Program-made: the position numbers and the translations under genes
Notes under the pieces: model-generated
Databases searched by the model: none
What the model saw: only the letters and a program-made list of their open reading frames with translations
Told to the model about the DNA's origin: nothing
Shown: positions 26,459-39,607 of the stretch, piece by piece
Numbering within the stretch: position 1 is the stretch's first letter
Layout of the letters: each line of letters begins with the position of its first letter
Origin: Selaginella moellendorffii
Taxonomy: Eukaryota > Plantae > Lycopodiophyta
Assembly: GCF_000143415.4 (NCBI RefSeq)
Contig: NW_003314269.1
Location: 334,401 to 398,400 of the forward strand
Direction of reading: 5' to 3'
DNA length: 64,000 nucleotides

Positions 26459-26699
26459 CAAGAGTGTACTAAACCCTCATTTCATAATGCAATGACATTG
26501 GAATCCAGCTCCAAATTTATATGTGCTACACTAGAATTCTAAATCTAGCAAATAAATCTAAATCTAAAGAAGAACAAAAGAACCAAAAATCAACAATATA
26601 ATCTTGAAAATTAAAGTAAAGGATTGTTAAAAAGCTTTGCCCCCTAAAGAAAATCTACACCTCCATGAAATAGATATATTAATTGGGGTTTAAACTCTA

Positions 26700-28607
26700 T
26701 GTGTGTGTGTGTGTGGCTACGATCTACAGTTTAAATATAACTCTTACATTATCTAAATCTTACTTTCTTTTTAGCTTTTTCAATTTCTTCTCTTTTGTTT
26801 CTTTTCCTTTTCATTCATCTTCAAGGTAGATCAGTAGCCTCCTTCTCTTTTAACTTTAGAGTAGTAGTTAGTGTGATAATATATAGTTGCAATTGAACAA
26901 TTAAACTTAGTTGATGGCAATATTCATGGCGCATAATATAACTTCTACTACTTTTGCTGCTAATCCTCCCGTCTGTTTGGAGTTCTTCTATGAGAATCTT
27001 GAGGATGATGTGTATCATTAGTTCGATCACTTTATAGTGATTGTTACCTATCATTCTTGGGATGATACTCAACATTTAGGTGAGTTTTCCATGTGCTTCC
27101 AAGGGACAACATTACAATGGTACAATCATTTGTGTGTAGCCACTCGTGTGCATTGAAGCATTCTCCCAAATATTTTCAACCACATATTTAGACATGCTGA
27201 TGATTGTGACGATGCCTTCCAACAATTGCATCATTTTCATCAAGGGTTATTTGAATTAGTGATGCAATTTAGCATTTACTTTTGGAGCCTCTTGCTTTAT
27301 GTAAAACCAAATATGTTGAAGTAGATTAAATTGGGAATGTTGTGGCTAGCACCTTATCAAGATTTTGTGGGACTTATGCATTAACTTGCTTCAACCACCC
27401 TTGATGATGCTCTTCAACTAACACAACATTATGAGACATCACTTCTTCCACTTCTTGCTACACATCCTTCAACTCCACTTCCTACAGGAGATTGTTATGT
27501 TTCGATCAAAGTTGATGTTAGTGTTACTCATGTTCAAAGACAAAGGTGAGGACATGGTCATGGGCGTAATGTCTACTATTAGGTGTGTGATGTGGTTAGT
27601 TACACATATCGACATTATCAGCATTTTCCAGATTGGCATCCTCCATTTCCTAAGTGGAGGCTTTAGCATCAATAACGCCCTATTAATACTATTGCAGTGG
27701 AAGGTTTGGATATTGAAATTCTTTTAGGAAACAAAATGTCATGCAAATAGTGGAGGGTCCTTACATGAATAAGTTAGTACCCCTCCATCTTTCTTTCATT
27801 AGAATTATCAAGGGGTTCACTTAACATTAATTCACAATGTTTACTTTCCAAGCTCATTTTTATAATAAGAGGTTTTCTATTATTCTCTCTGTATTAATTG
27901 ATATAAGCTTTCAGGATTATCTTCTATTACTTAGCTTATTGCCACACATTGCCATCTATATTTGTGTTGTATGGTAGAGCTAATTTTTCTTCTTTATAGT
28001 AATAGCTATATATACATATGCACAAAATGAGGCAAACTTAGTTATGTTTGTGGGTGATCTCTAGCTTGAGCTTCAATTGTTGTAAGTGGTGCTAAGTCAA
28101 GTTTTTGACATTATTCTTGATATGAATTAGTTGGGTGCAAATATGCCAAATGTGACTTTGAGGCTTTTCCCCCTTATCTCATACTTCCTTATATTTTTTT
28201 ATTCCTTTCACTTTTATTCAATTTCATCCTTTTGGTTTTACCTCTACTTCCATTACTTTTGTCTCCTCATTACTTCTATATTTTTAGCTTATTCTTCTAT
28301 TCTTTCTTCAGATCCATTTAACAATCTTTGTGTTATAGTGGTTGACCGGCTCTAATCTATTTGAATTTGACCTGTCATCTAGCAAAATTGCAACATGTCG
28401 TCCTATTACAACTATAGATACTTGCAACTATTGACCAACTCATGAAAGAGTATGTTAATCTCTTTGAATTTGACCTGTCATTTAGAGCCAAGATTGCAAT
28501 ATGTCATTCTATTCCAATTAAAGATGCTCTTCTAATCAAGATTTTTATTCATCATCAATCATCTAAAGAAATCAAAATTTTATGTGCAAATATCAAAGAG
28601 ATGTTGA
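26700..28607 (+). mobile_element. Family G copy 3, truncated (5' UTR, gag, protease, RT start)
   Basis: Reverse-complement similarity to 19900-20700 and 31530-32870; e.g. MKEYVNLFEFDLSFRAKIAICHSIP. Confidence 0.75.
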
Positions 28608-28681
28608 GGGGCAATTGCTTAATGACAGAGCCCTTAGTAGCTTTATTTATCCCCCAAAGTTCTAAAGATTCACAGTGATAG

Positions 28682-28685
<4 letters not shown>
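28608..28685 (-). mobile_element. Fragment of the TRIM LTR
   Basis: Reverse complement of ~3128-3215 (GGGGCAATT...CCCTTAGT...TTATCCCCCAA...GTATA). Confidence 0.7.

Positions 28686-28744
<59 letters not shown>
28686..28744. repeat. (TA)n(CA)n microsatellite
   Basis: Directly visible. Confidence 0.95.
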
Positions 28745-31700
28745 TATGGAAATGGAATACAGAAATGTATATATCAATTAGCCCAAAACCCCTAACTTAT
28801 ATACAAAAGCAAGAGCAAGTGGTTCAAATTGAAACCAATCTAATAGGTATCAAAATCCAACTATGCTAATATTAGTATATGGCATTATAGCTATACACTT
28901 GGACCTTATATCATCCCCTCTTCTTGAAATGATGGAAGATAGTCAAAGTTCTTTAGTGGATAAACTGAAATTTGAAGAAACATTAGGAGAAGGCATCAGG
29001 GCATCTGTAAGTGGTGCCAATTGTTCATGATCTCTTTGTATGAAATATTTCATTTGCTACATATGCACAATTTCTAGAGGACATCATACTGAACTTTATA
29101 AACCTGTAGTCCAACTTGCTGCAATACCCAATACAACCCTTCCACAGATCAAGGAGCCCCTTAAACAAACCATATACTATAAAATTAAGAAAATAAATTA
29201 ACACAAAATCATCCATTTTATACTCTATAGGTGGACGATGATGGGAGTTGTAATGTCATTATTGTCCCACTTGTATGCAGCCTAAGTGTTCAGTAGACTC
29301 TACTCAGACTAATGGAAGAATGCTCATCAAATCCTAAAACCTAGTACCGATAGCTTATTGCAATTGCAAAGGTAAATTCAACTCTGTTGATAATATAAAA
29401 TTATGACTATATAAGAGTTTATATGGTGAAGCACCAATAGAATTCTGCTCCTTTATAACATATGTATACCAAAGAAATGACAAATAACCATCCTAATTTA
29501 AATACTAAAAGTTCACATACTTCGTGATCATTGCTTTGAAGGTCTGAACAAGTTGTTCCACCAAACCATTTATTTGTGGATGATAAGCACTTGTGAAAAT
29601 GTGGCGTATCCCCAACCGAGATGTTAAAACATGAAATATCTCAGCCATAAATGTGAAACTATTATTTGAGAGAATTTGCTTTGGACAAAGATGTTGAAAC
29701 ATCACTTGATTGAGGAGGAAGTATCCAATAGCAGCTGCAGATACACTAATAAAAGCACTAACTTCTACCCAATAAATTAAGTAATCAAAAGTAATAATGA
29801 TATACTTATTGCTAATAATTAACCATGGAAAAGGCCTAATTAAATCAAATGCCACCAACTCAAACGGATGGGAAATTGCAATTAACTTTAACCATCCTTT
29901 TGCAGCACAAGGAGTAGTATTACAAACTTGGCATCAAACACAACTACACACATACTTGACAACATCATGTTGCATCTTTGGCTAATAGAAAGATTTGTAT
30001 AACTTTTTAATCATATAACAATGTCCTATATAGCCACCTAGAATAAAGAATTATGGTAGGCATAGAGAAAACATAGAATAAATATTGAAGACACCACTAG
30101 TGATAAATGATAATCAAGATTCGTTCCCATAAAATAAAAAAAGTTTTCTTCAAAACGATATTAAGAATGTAAATGCCAAAATGGCAAGTTATTAGCAAGT
30201 GATACAAGATTCTTAAACCCATCACAAAGCTCAACCTTTTAAGCCTCATGAACCTTATCAAGAGATTTTTATTTACACTAAACATTAAGTACAATAGCTA
30301 CCAATGGCATGAAATCATCCTCTTAAAAATCCAGAGATTCTAAAATAATAAGCTTATCAAAAATATGAGAAGAGAGTGAAAAAGGAATAAAAACTTGAGA
30401 ATGGGTATCAATATCAGCTATAAAACTCCCCAATTGATGAACAACATCAAAATCATATATATAAAGCTTCAAAGCCTACGACCAACCAAGTTTCTTTGCT
30501 TCAATAATAACCCTAATATGATCATCTTTTAGTAATGTCTAAGTGCTATATAGATATGTATAGAGTTTCTCAAAACCCTAAACTGTTGATATACATTCCT
30601 CTATTGTGGAATAATTTACCTCCACTAGTTATAATGTATAGCTGATATATGCAATGGGATGGTGCTGACCAAACACACTTGGGCTCTCTTGTATCAACAC
30701 AATTCCAAGACTGATAATAGAAGCATCCATATGCAAAATGAAAAACTAAGTATAGTTAGAATACACCAAAATTGAAGAAGTTATTAACAACTCTTTGAGA
30801 TCTATAAATGTCTGTACATAGCCTTTAGATCAAATAAAAAATGATGTTAATAACTTTAACAATGCTCACAATAGTGTAGAGCAATTAAAAAGATGATCAA
30901 TAAAAAAATTAAGATATTGTACCTTGCTTAAAAAGTGTGGCATATCATTCATACACTTTAGAGTATGGAACTTTAAAATAGCCATAAGTTTGTTAACATC
31001 AATTTACAAGAAATATGGTACCTAAGATAAATTGTGTCCTTGGACATAAATATACATTTTAATCATTTCAACTTTAAACCAACTTCCAATAACCGATTCA
31101 ACACCTTCCGAATATCATAAATGTTCTCCTTCTATATCTCTTATGAGTGGATTAAAACATCATCAATAAAGTCAATAGTCACCTCTAGTATATTATAAAG
31201 AACCTCATTCATCATCCACTAAAAAGTCATTAGAACATTGTTCAAACCAAACAACATCACTAAGAATTTATACAAAAGTTGTCTTAAGAACATCATTGTC
31301 AACCATTGACACTTGCTATTACCCAAAAACAAGATCTAACTTGATGAACTAATGATTTCTCCCTAAATGATCTAGAAATTCAACAGTGTGAGGAAGAAGA
31401 TACATATTTGGGATAGTCATTTTATTTAACAGTTAATAGTTGATGCAAAAATGAATACTTCTATTAGACTTCATGACAAGATGAGGTTTACACACTCAAG
31501 AACTTTATGAATTTCAGATAACGCCTTCTCCAAAATTTCCTTGATGTTTACATGTAAAATCTTGATCTTCTTAGACGATTGACAATGAGTAGAAACCTTG
31601 ATTAAACAAGCACCTCTAATTGAAATAGAATGATATGTTGCAATCTTGGCCTCAGATGATAGGTTAAATTCAAAGAGATCGGTATACTCCTTCATGAGCT

Positions 31701-32976
31701 AATCAATTGCTGCAACACAAAGACCATTGAATGGATCAAAAGAGGGAATAAAGAAACAAAATAGAAACATAGGAGAAAATAATGGGGAGATAAAAGTGAT
31801 AGAAATAAAAGTAGAAGCAAAAGAATAAAAACGAACAAAAATAAAAGGAATAGAAGAAATATAAAAAAGTATAAGATAAAGGAGAGAACCCTTAAAGTCA
31901 CATTTGGCATGATTGCGTTATAATTAATTTATACTAAATATGAAGTAAAAAACTTGACTCAACACCACTTGCAATAACTATAGTTCAAGCTCAGATCACT
32001 CACATGCACAATTAGGTTTGCCTCATTTTATACACATGCATGTGTATAGCTATTATCATAAAAAATGAAAACTGACTCTATTGCATGATATAATGTAGAT
32101 GGCAACATATAGTAATAGGTTGAGTAATAAAAGATAAAATCGACCCATATGGAGAAAATAATAGAAGACCTTTTGTTATAAAAATAAATTTGGAAAGTAG
32201 GGACCGAATGAACCCCTTAATGATACTCTCAAAAAAAAGATGGAGGGGTCGATGACTTATTTGCACAAGACTCTCCACTACTTATGTGACTCCTCATTTT
32301 CTAGAAATATCTTGGTATCTAGACCTTCCACTATAATAACACTAATAGGACGTTGTTAATGCTAAATTTTCCATTTAGAAAATAAAGGTTGTCAATCCGA
32401 AAAATGCCAACAATGCTAATAAGTGTGATTAACTTCATCACTCGCATAACAGTAAACATCACAGCAATAATTATATTCTTGCCCTTATCCTTGAACTCAG
32501 GCAGTAGTAGCATTAACCTCCATTAGAATAAAACCATCTCTCATAAAAAGTAAAACTCAAAGAAGTGTAGTGAAAAGTGGAAGAAACAATGTCTCATAAC
32601 ATTTTGCCAAACAAAGCATCATCAAAAGTGGTTGAAGCAAGTGTATTCATAAGTTTTACAAAATCTTGATAAAGTACTAGCCACAATATTCCTAACTTGA
32701 TTCACTCTAACATATTTGTCTTCACACGAAGCAAAAAGCTTCGGAAATGAATGCTAAATTTTATCACTAACTCAAATAACTCTTGACAAAGATGATATAA
32801 TTGTTAGAAGGCATCATCACAATCATCGACATATTCAAATGTGCATTTAAAAATGTTTGGGAGAATGCTTCAATCTGCACAAATAAAAGAAAGTGGTTTA
32901 AATTGATGATGGCTATTAAAATCTCACTATGCTAATTTTAGTATATAGCATCATAGCCATACACTTAAACCTCACA
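28745..32976 (-). mobile_element. Family G copy 2, degenerate Ty3/gypsy
   Basis: 3' LTR 28745-28910, PPT 28911-28925, integrase (AFDLIRPFP...TSAYHPQINGLVEQ, 29505-29858), RNase H/RT/protease/gag remnants, 5' LTR remnant ~32881-32976. Confidence 0.85.
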
Positions 32977-32979
32977 TTT

Positions 32980-33010
<31 letters not shown>

Positions 33011-33032
33011 CATACATATATATGTATATATA
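32980..33032. repeat. (CA)n(TA)n microsatellite
   Basis: Directly visible. Confidence 0.9.
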
Positions 33033-33369
33033 TGGGTGAATGCAGATGGGAATTAGACCAAATTCAAATGAATAGTTCATATACTATAATATTATAATTA
33101 AAATATTACTTAGACAAAGTAATATATATATAGAACACATGTATATATATATGAAGCATCATTGATGACCTCAACAAACTCCTAGCCTAGGATCTGGCCA
33201 GACTAAGAAATTGATACTCCTTTCATCCACTGGCTACTTGCTAGCCCATTGCAATAGCAGGGCAATCATCTTGGACAAACTTCCAGCTATAGAGCACCTC
33301 TTGGCCCTGAAAGAGTTTTAATAATTCCTTCCAATAACGCCTGCCATCCACAAGCTCATCACCACGCTT

Positions 33370-33750
33370 GCAGACGACTGGGCTGGTGGAGGGATATTTG
33401 GCTCGCAGGAGGCCGGATGCCTTCCTCGAGCCGAGATGGCATTGGGAATCGTCCTCAATGATCGCGATGTTGATTCCTCGTTCTTTGCAAAGGAGTTCCG
33501 CGAGAAAAAGCTCCTCAATAACTTCGCCTCTTTGCAGCTGCTGCTGGATCCACAGATTAACATGCTCCAACAATTCGGATTTGCGAGGTGCCCCAGGAAT
33601 GCAACGGCATCGGGCAATGAAACCTTTGTGAAGGTTCTCTATTTGTGTGTCCCAAACAATGTAAAGTTCCATTTCCGCTACCATGGAGCTCATAGTTCTA
33701 GATCCATGGTGTTTGGCAGCATGATTGAAAAATATCATCATGATTAAATA
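33370..33750 (+). pseudogene. Possible degenerate pentatricopeptide-repeat (PPR) fragment
   Basis: Across frames: TGLVEGYLARRRPD, MALGIVLND, NETFVKVLYLC, SRSMVFGSMIEK, resembling PPR motifs. Confidence 0.35.
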
Positions 33751-33844
33751 ACAATTGTCCTGATCACTGTGAGGCATTTTAATCGCGGTAAGCAAACGAG
33801 GCACCCATTGCGAGGCGTGCTGACTTCCGCGTGACTTGGCTTCT

Positions 33845-36259
33845 TCATCGTGCTGCTAGAGATCTTGCGATGCGAGTGGCGGTGGAATGAGCGATCGACT
33901 GGATCGTGATCATGGGATTCACTCCCGACGCAGTGGGCAAGACGCTACCATCGCCCACAAACAGCCCCTCCACCTCCCAGCTCTCGCAATTGGGATCTAC
34001 CACCGAGCAGCGCTGATCTGTGCCCATCCGGCAGCTTCCCATCTGATGGGCAGATATGATCGGCGTGGACAGCCTCTGAAACATTCTCCCCAGCACTCGC
34101 TTCAAGAAAATCTCCAGTTCCTTCTCCCGCTGCAGAGGCGTCCAAGATTGATCCACCGAGAAGATCTCGCCAGCAACGGAGTGTAATCCCACCGCCTCCG
34201 CCCCGGCCGCCACCAGCGCCCTCACAGCGAGCTCGGTCCCCTCCACGAGGCTCTCCCTGTCCGAGAAGCAGAGCGGATAATCCAAAATGAGCTTCCCGCC
34301 GGGCGTCTCATCGACGGTCCCCCTGCCCCGGTCGCGGTTGAGGACGATGATCGTGGCCGTCCGCGGGAATCTGAGCATCTGGCGCTTGGCATCCACGCCG
34401 GATCTCCAGGGCGCCAGCACTGCATAATTGCCAGGGTGTACACATGGCGTCTCTAGAATGCTGCCGTACCCCGTGGTGTCCCACCGCGCCGCCTCGCTGG
34501 AGAAGGCAGTCATGATCCCGCCCGTGTAGCTGTTGCCCGGCAGAATATCCTCCCGCGGGAAGTAGCCCCACGCCGCTACCACCGGGTGCACCGACAGGTG
34601 GCGGCCAATGTGGGGGTTCCGTCCGCCGCTCCGGCGGAGCAGCGGCGGCGTGAAGAGCGCGCCGCACGCCGCCACCGTGACGCGCGACTCCACGTAGAAG
34701 CGAGCCTCCCCCGCGCGGGAGGATATACCCCGGGCCCTGTACGACCTCTCCCCCTGCCCACCCTGCGGCGCGGTGACAATGCGGTCCACCCGGCAGCCCG
34801 TCACAACCACAGCGCCCGCCGTGGCGGCGTCGCAGAGCCATGTGTCACACGCCGATTGCTTCCTCACCGCGGCGGCCGCCGGGCAGCCGAACCCGCAGAA
34901 GCCGCAGCCATGATCCCGCGCGGCGTTCCGCGGGATGTCCCCCACGGAATATCCCTTCTCCGTACAGCCCCGCCGCAGCACCCGGTTCTGGAAGCTCTCT
35001 TCCGTACAGCCGTCCTGGACGCCCAGCCTCTGGCAGACGGCCTCCATCGCGTGCTGGTACTCGGGCCCCCCGAAACGGTTCTCCAGCCCCAGGGACGTCC
35101 ACTCGTCCAGCACGTGTTTTGGAGTTTTGAGCGACGCGGCCCAGTTGACGGCCGAGCCCCCGCCTAGAGTTGTCCCGGCCAGGAGAATCACCGAGCCATC
35201 CTCCGTCGTGAGAGCTCCACTTTGCTCGTACATGGCCTTCATGGACGGACCTTCGAGCAGCGAGAGGCCCCGGCGTGGAAAGTAGCCACCTTTCTCTAGC
35301 ACCACCACCTTGAATCCCTGCTGCGCGAGCCTCGCGGCTATGACGGAGCCTCCGGAACCAGAGCCTACCACCACCACGTCGCATTTTATCCCAAAGTCCT
35401 TGCCGCTGGCGGTGGAAGGATCGTTTCTTTCCTCTAGATGGTCGACCTTGTCCAGCATTGCGCAGCCCAGCTCCGCCAGCCGGGACTGGAAGTCTGGAGC
35501 TTTGGCATCCACGAGCCTGCGCTCCAGAGGGCTTGGAAGCGGCTCTTCGTGTTCCAGGACTGGCTCCGGGACCTCGTAGCCAATGGCCTTCCACGCGGGG
35601 TTTCGTCCCTTCTTGTCAGCCTGGAGAAGAAAGGATCAGCAAGGATGTAGAAAGAGAGCAAGTGTCATGACCCTGGAATAGAACTTGAAGAGGGTGTAGC
35701 ACTTGACGACTTTGAAGAGCATCTGGAGCTTGTGAAAGATGCTTCGAGACCAGTTGAGGAGGATCTTCTCGCGTTTTCCGAGCTCCAGGAGGGGAAAAGG
35801 CTGCACGAACGGGAACTCTGTGGTGACGCAGCTGAAGCCCGCGAGTAAAAGAGTCCCCAGGCGAGTGGACAGCATCAGGAAAGCTATGTAGATCAGAAAG
35901 TACTGCTGAGCAGTCGTCCACGCGCAGATCATCCCAGCGACCTGTTGTCAAACGTCGAAATCAAATCTGCGCTTCATAAGAAACAGAAAAAGTTATTTTA
36001 CCTCCGGAACGATGCCTGACTCGGACGCTGAGAGCTCGAAAAACTTCGCTTTGGCTGAATTGTCTTGCTTGCTCGCTTCCACGGGCAGCGACGGCACCAG
36101 AGTGTCACAAATGGCGTCAAGAACTTTCATCTGCCTCAGCGAGAAGCTGTGCTTCAAAGGCCTGCTTCCGCCCCGGAGCTCCGGATGAGTGAAGCTCAAG
36201 AGCTTGGAAATCTCATCGCCATCTTCAACAGCGCAGCCAGTAGCAGTGGCGGAAGACAT
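33845..36259 (-). CDS. FAO: Long-chain fatty alcohol oxidase (GMC oxidoreductase); exons 36259-36002, 35941-35672, 35620-33845
   Basis: VVVVGSGSGG FAD motif, CGFCGFGC heme motif, SAHQMGSCRMG, VNPMITI; N-terminal LDAICDTLVPS; GT-AG introns in frame. Confidence 0.95.
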
Positions 36260-36971
36260 AGCTCCAGCTTCCGTTGTTCCGCTGGATTGGAAGAAAGACC
36301 GGCGCGCTATAAACGCCAGGCCAGCGACCTCTGCTCTACTCCAGCAAGGAGAAGGATCTTCTCTGATAACTCCAAAAATATTCCGGAGAAGTAAATAGTG
36401 GTTGACACTCCAATGCTCCTCACGATTCCCGCATTGATGGTAAGAATCGAAAGTACTGAATGCTGCTGCGATTGCACCGCTTCGTCCGCTTTCGTTGAGG
36501 ATTGAAGAAATTCTTGTACCGCTTCGGTTAAACCTTCAATAGCTGGAACTGGAAACTACAACCATCACCTTCATATCGATGGAACTTCTCAATATGCGCC
36601 CGTGATGATGTGTTCACTATATAGGTCCATCTCTCTGCAACGGAAAAAGAAAGAGGGATGGACAGAAAATCCAATCTCGTGAGTGAGTGACGCTTGGCTT
36701 GTCACATCTGTACCTACAAAAAACAAGTTTTGGTCAACAAACTTAACCAAGGAGAGCATTTACCTCTTGATTCTCTTGATCGCGCTCAACGACATTGCAA
36801 AACAAAGCCAGCCAAAAGAGAATGAGAATCAAACATAAAAACAAAGCAAATGCGACAACGCTCAAGAGAGAATGGTAATCAGTCTGTCAATGGTTGTATA
36901 TTCCATAACGGGCCTACTTTCAGGAGCGAAGATACTTGCGGGAGGCCAGGGTAAAACTTCGCTGTTTCATA

Positions 36972-37799
36972 TCAGACCTTGTTCGCGGGAGGGATGACGG
37001 TGGAGTCGTGAGGGATTTCCGCGTAGATTCCCTTCATGGAGGCCTCATCCTCCATCCCGAAGTGATCCTCGCGAGCGTTTCCCAGGAGCATGAGACAAAT
37101 GAGCCAGAAGAGCGTGCTGTCCAGAGCCAAAAACGCCGCTCCACCGAAAAGGCCAGTCTTTGCCGTCGGGCACCCGTCGGCTGCCAAGTGATAGTGCTTG
37201 TTTTGCTTGTGATGCATGCTCTCGCTGATCGTAGTCCACAGCAGGAGCCCCTCGGCCGTGAGATAGACAGCTCTGCGAAACAAAAAAACGAGCTTTCATG
37301 AGATCCTTCAATCTAGGAACTCTATAAAAGATCTGACAACTTCTACGAAACAAAAAAACGAAGAAAAGAACTGTAAGTCCATGAGATCCGCGGAATTCTG
37401 CCACTTCTACCTGAATGAACAGAGGAACTTACAGGCTGAGCACGAAGAATGTTGTAAACGCGGCGTTCTTCCAGAGAGCACTGTGAGGAATGTGCTTCCC
37501 ATCGTAGGGAAAGAACAAGGCAACGAGAGCTACGCAGGTCGTGACGAAGAGCACCGCCACTGCCGCGGCTCCCAGCGAGATGCTCGCATCGCTAGGGTAA
37601 TGGCAGATCGTGATGCCATTCACTGTCGTGCTTGTCACGCTTTCGGGCTGCAAATCAAGCCGGAATTTCAGTGCCTAGAGCTAAGAATCACGCAATTTCA
37701 CAATACCTTCTTGTTCTCGGCCATGATCCCCAGGATGAAAGCCAGCGCGCCCAGAGTAGAAACGAGGAGCGCCGCCCGAGCAACGAGTCCCAATGCCAT
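36972..37799 (-). CDS. DUF1218-family membrane protein, 3 exons
   Basis: LGALAFILGIMAENKK/P...CHYPSD...CPTAKTGLFGGAAFLALDSTLFWLICLMLLGNAREDHF. Confidence 0.9.
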
Positions 37800-37977
37800 G
37801 GCGGAAAACACGAAGAGAAAAAGATCCCTGTTTTTTAGGGTTCCAGGGAGGAGCCCTAAAATATGAAGATCCCCAGGCGCCCTAATTGAGTCCTTCCAGG
37901 GTTTTAGCGTTTTCCCTCCCAATGCAGGGATGATTTGGAGCCGGAGTGGAGGAGGAGGAGCCACATTGCCAGCGGCG

Positions 37978-39012
37978 ATGGCGAAGGTGGCATCCAGCGT
38001 CGCCGCGACGTGCTTCCCAGTGCTCAAGGGGCGGGTTTGGAGGATCAATCGGCTCGCTGCTCGAATCTATCCGCCACAGGTGTGTAGGGTATCAATCTCC
38101 CGGCAGCAGGTCATTCCGGCATGGTCGAGCTTGGCATTCCGGGGAATGGTGAGCACTGGCGCTGTGGCGAAGAAGGAGAAAATATTTCGAGTAGAAGAAA
38201 AAGACGAGGAAGATGAGCTTGATGACGAAGAAGACGAGGAAGAAAATGATGACGAAGAAGAAGAAGAAGAGGGTGACTCTCTGGAAGCCAGAAAAAATTT
38301 TGCTGACAATGACGATGATGATCCGGGCGAGTTGGAAATTATAAAAAGGATCAGTGCCGAAGACACCGGGACCGAAAACAAGAAACCGGGTCCATGGAAG
38401 TCGAGATTTCCACCATTGAGTCAAAAAGAAAAGAAAGAGCTCCGTGGACATGCACATCGGCTGGGAAAATCCATTGCGCTTCATCACGTAAGCTTTTTGT
38501 TTTGTTTGAGATATAGTTTTTTTTTTTTTCTTCTTCTTCACTGTGAAACGCTTTGCTTTCGTGCAGGTAGGGAAGTGGGGAGTTACTCCTAACTCACTCA
38601 AGTGTTTGGGCGACGCTCTGGAGAAGAACGAACTTATGAAGGTTTGCCATACTTTCTTTTTTCTCTGCAATGGACAACCACATTTCTCTGCTTTTATAAC
38701 TGTAGGTGAGGGTCCTTGACAATTGTCCAACACATATAAGCCAAGTTATGCTGGACTTGGAGCACGGTTTAGAGGCCCAAGTCGTTGGTAAGATCGGTCA
38801 CGTACTCCTTCTATACAGGCCAAGCCTCCGGAAGGCAGAGATGGACGAGAAGAAGCAGAAGGTCGAGATGGATCGAAAAAAGAGGCCACATTCACGACAA
38901 GTATGTTTTGTTTCTTCTGTTTTGGACTTTGCGCGGTTGCGTTTCTCCCCGGCTTGTTTACAGTTTGGTTTGCTTCCTCCAGGAACGCGGATGGAAGGCA
39001 CATGGTTGCTGA
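37978..39012 (+). CDS. Organelle-targeted single CRM (CRS1/YhbY) domain RNA-binding protein
   Basis: Transit-like N-terminus, acidic tract, LSQKEKKELRGHAHRLG...VGKWGVT...DALEKNELMKVRV...VVGKIGHVLLLYRPS; 4 exons inferred, last exon tentative. Confidence 0.88.
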
Positions 39013-39607
39013 TTGCTAGGCATCTATTGATCTGTTTTTCTTCAAAATGTCGGTATGGAAAGAGTCATTTTTTCCAGAAGTATCTCTCACAAATGTACAC
39101 GTCTCTGCGGTGGTGGATCGTCGTGCGTGTCTGCGTTTATGTGCTGTGTGCTAGATCTTTGGATCTTAATCGCGGTGCTTGCTTCTTCAATGGCGAGAGT
39201 CTCGGTCTCCAGTTTCCAGCGTCATTTGTCTCGATCAGTCGTGTAGGTGATAGCGATCTGTATGTCTTTTTTCCCGTTCGCTACTTTATGATTTTAAGTC
39301 AACTCTCCAGATAAGCTTTGCGTGGAGAGAATTTTTTCCAGAGGATCTGAACAATCGTAGCTGTAGTCTTGAGAAAGACTAGCGACCAACGAGAGATGGC
39401 GGTTTGTGAACACGGAATCGCTCCTGACCACGTGCAAACACGCTTCTATTCGATGGGATATGAGCTAAGTGATTCTTTTTCTTCTTTTTCTTCCAGATTA
39501 ATGACCTGAAAGTTACAGAAGCGAACCGAGTGTTATTATCAACTTGTCTAGATCAAAAAAAATCATCCAGGTATTATTTTCCCCGTACATAGTTTTGGAC
39601 AGTACCA

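Noticed and set aside
33241-33804. 187-aa minus-strand ORF downstream of FAO
   Set aside because: No recognisable motif; the opposite strand looks more like a decayed PPR. Not excluded as an orphan gene.
38203-38272. GAA/GAC-rich simple repeat
   Set aside because: Encodes the acidic tract of the CRM protein.
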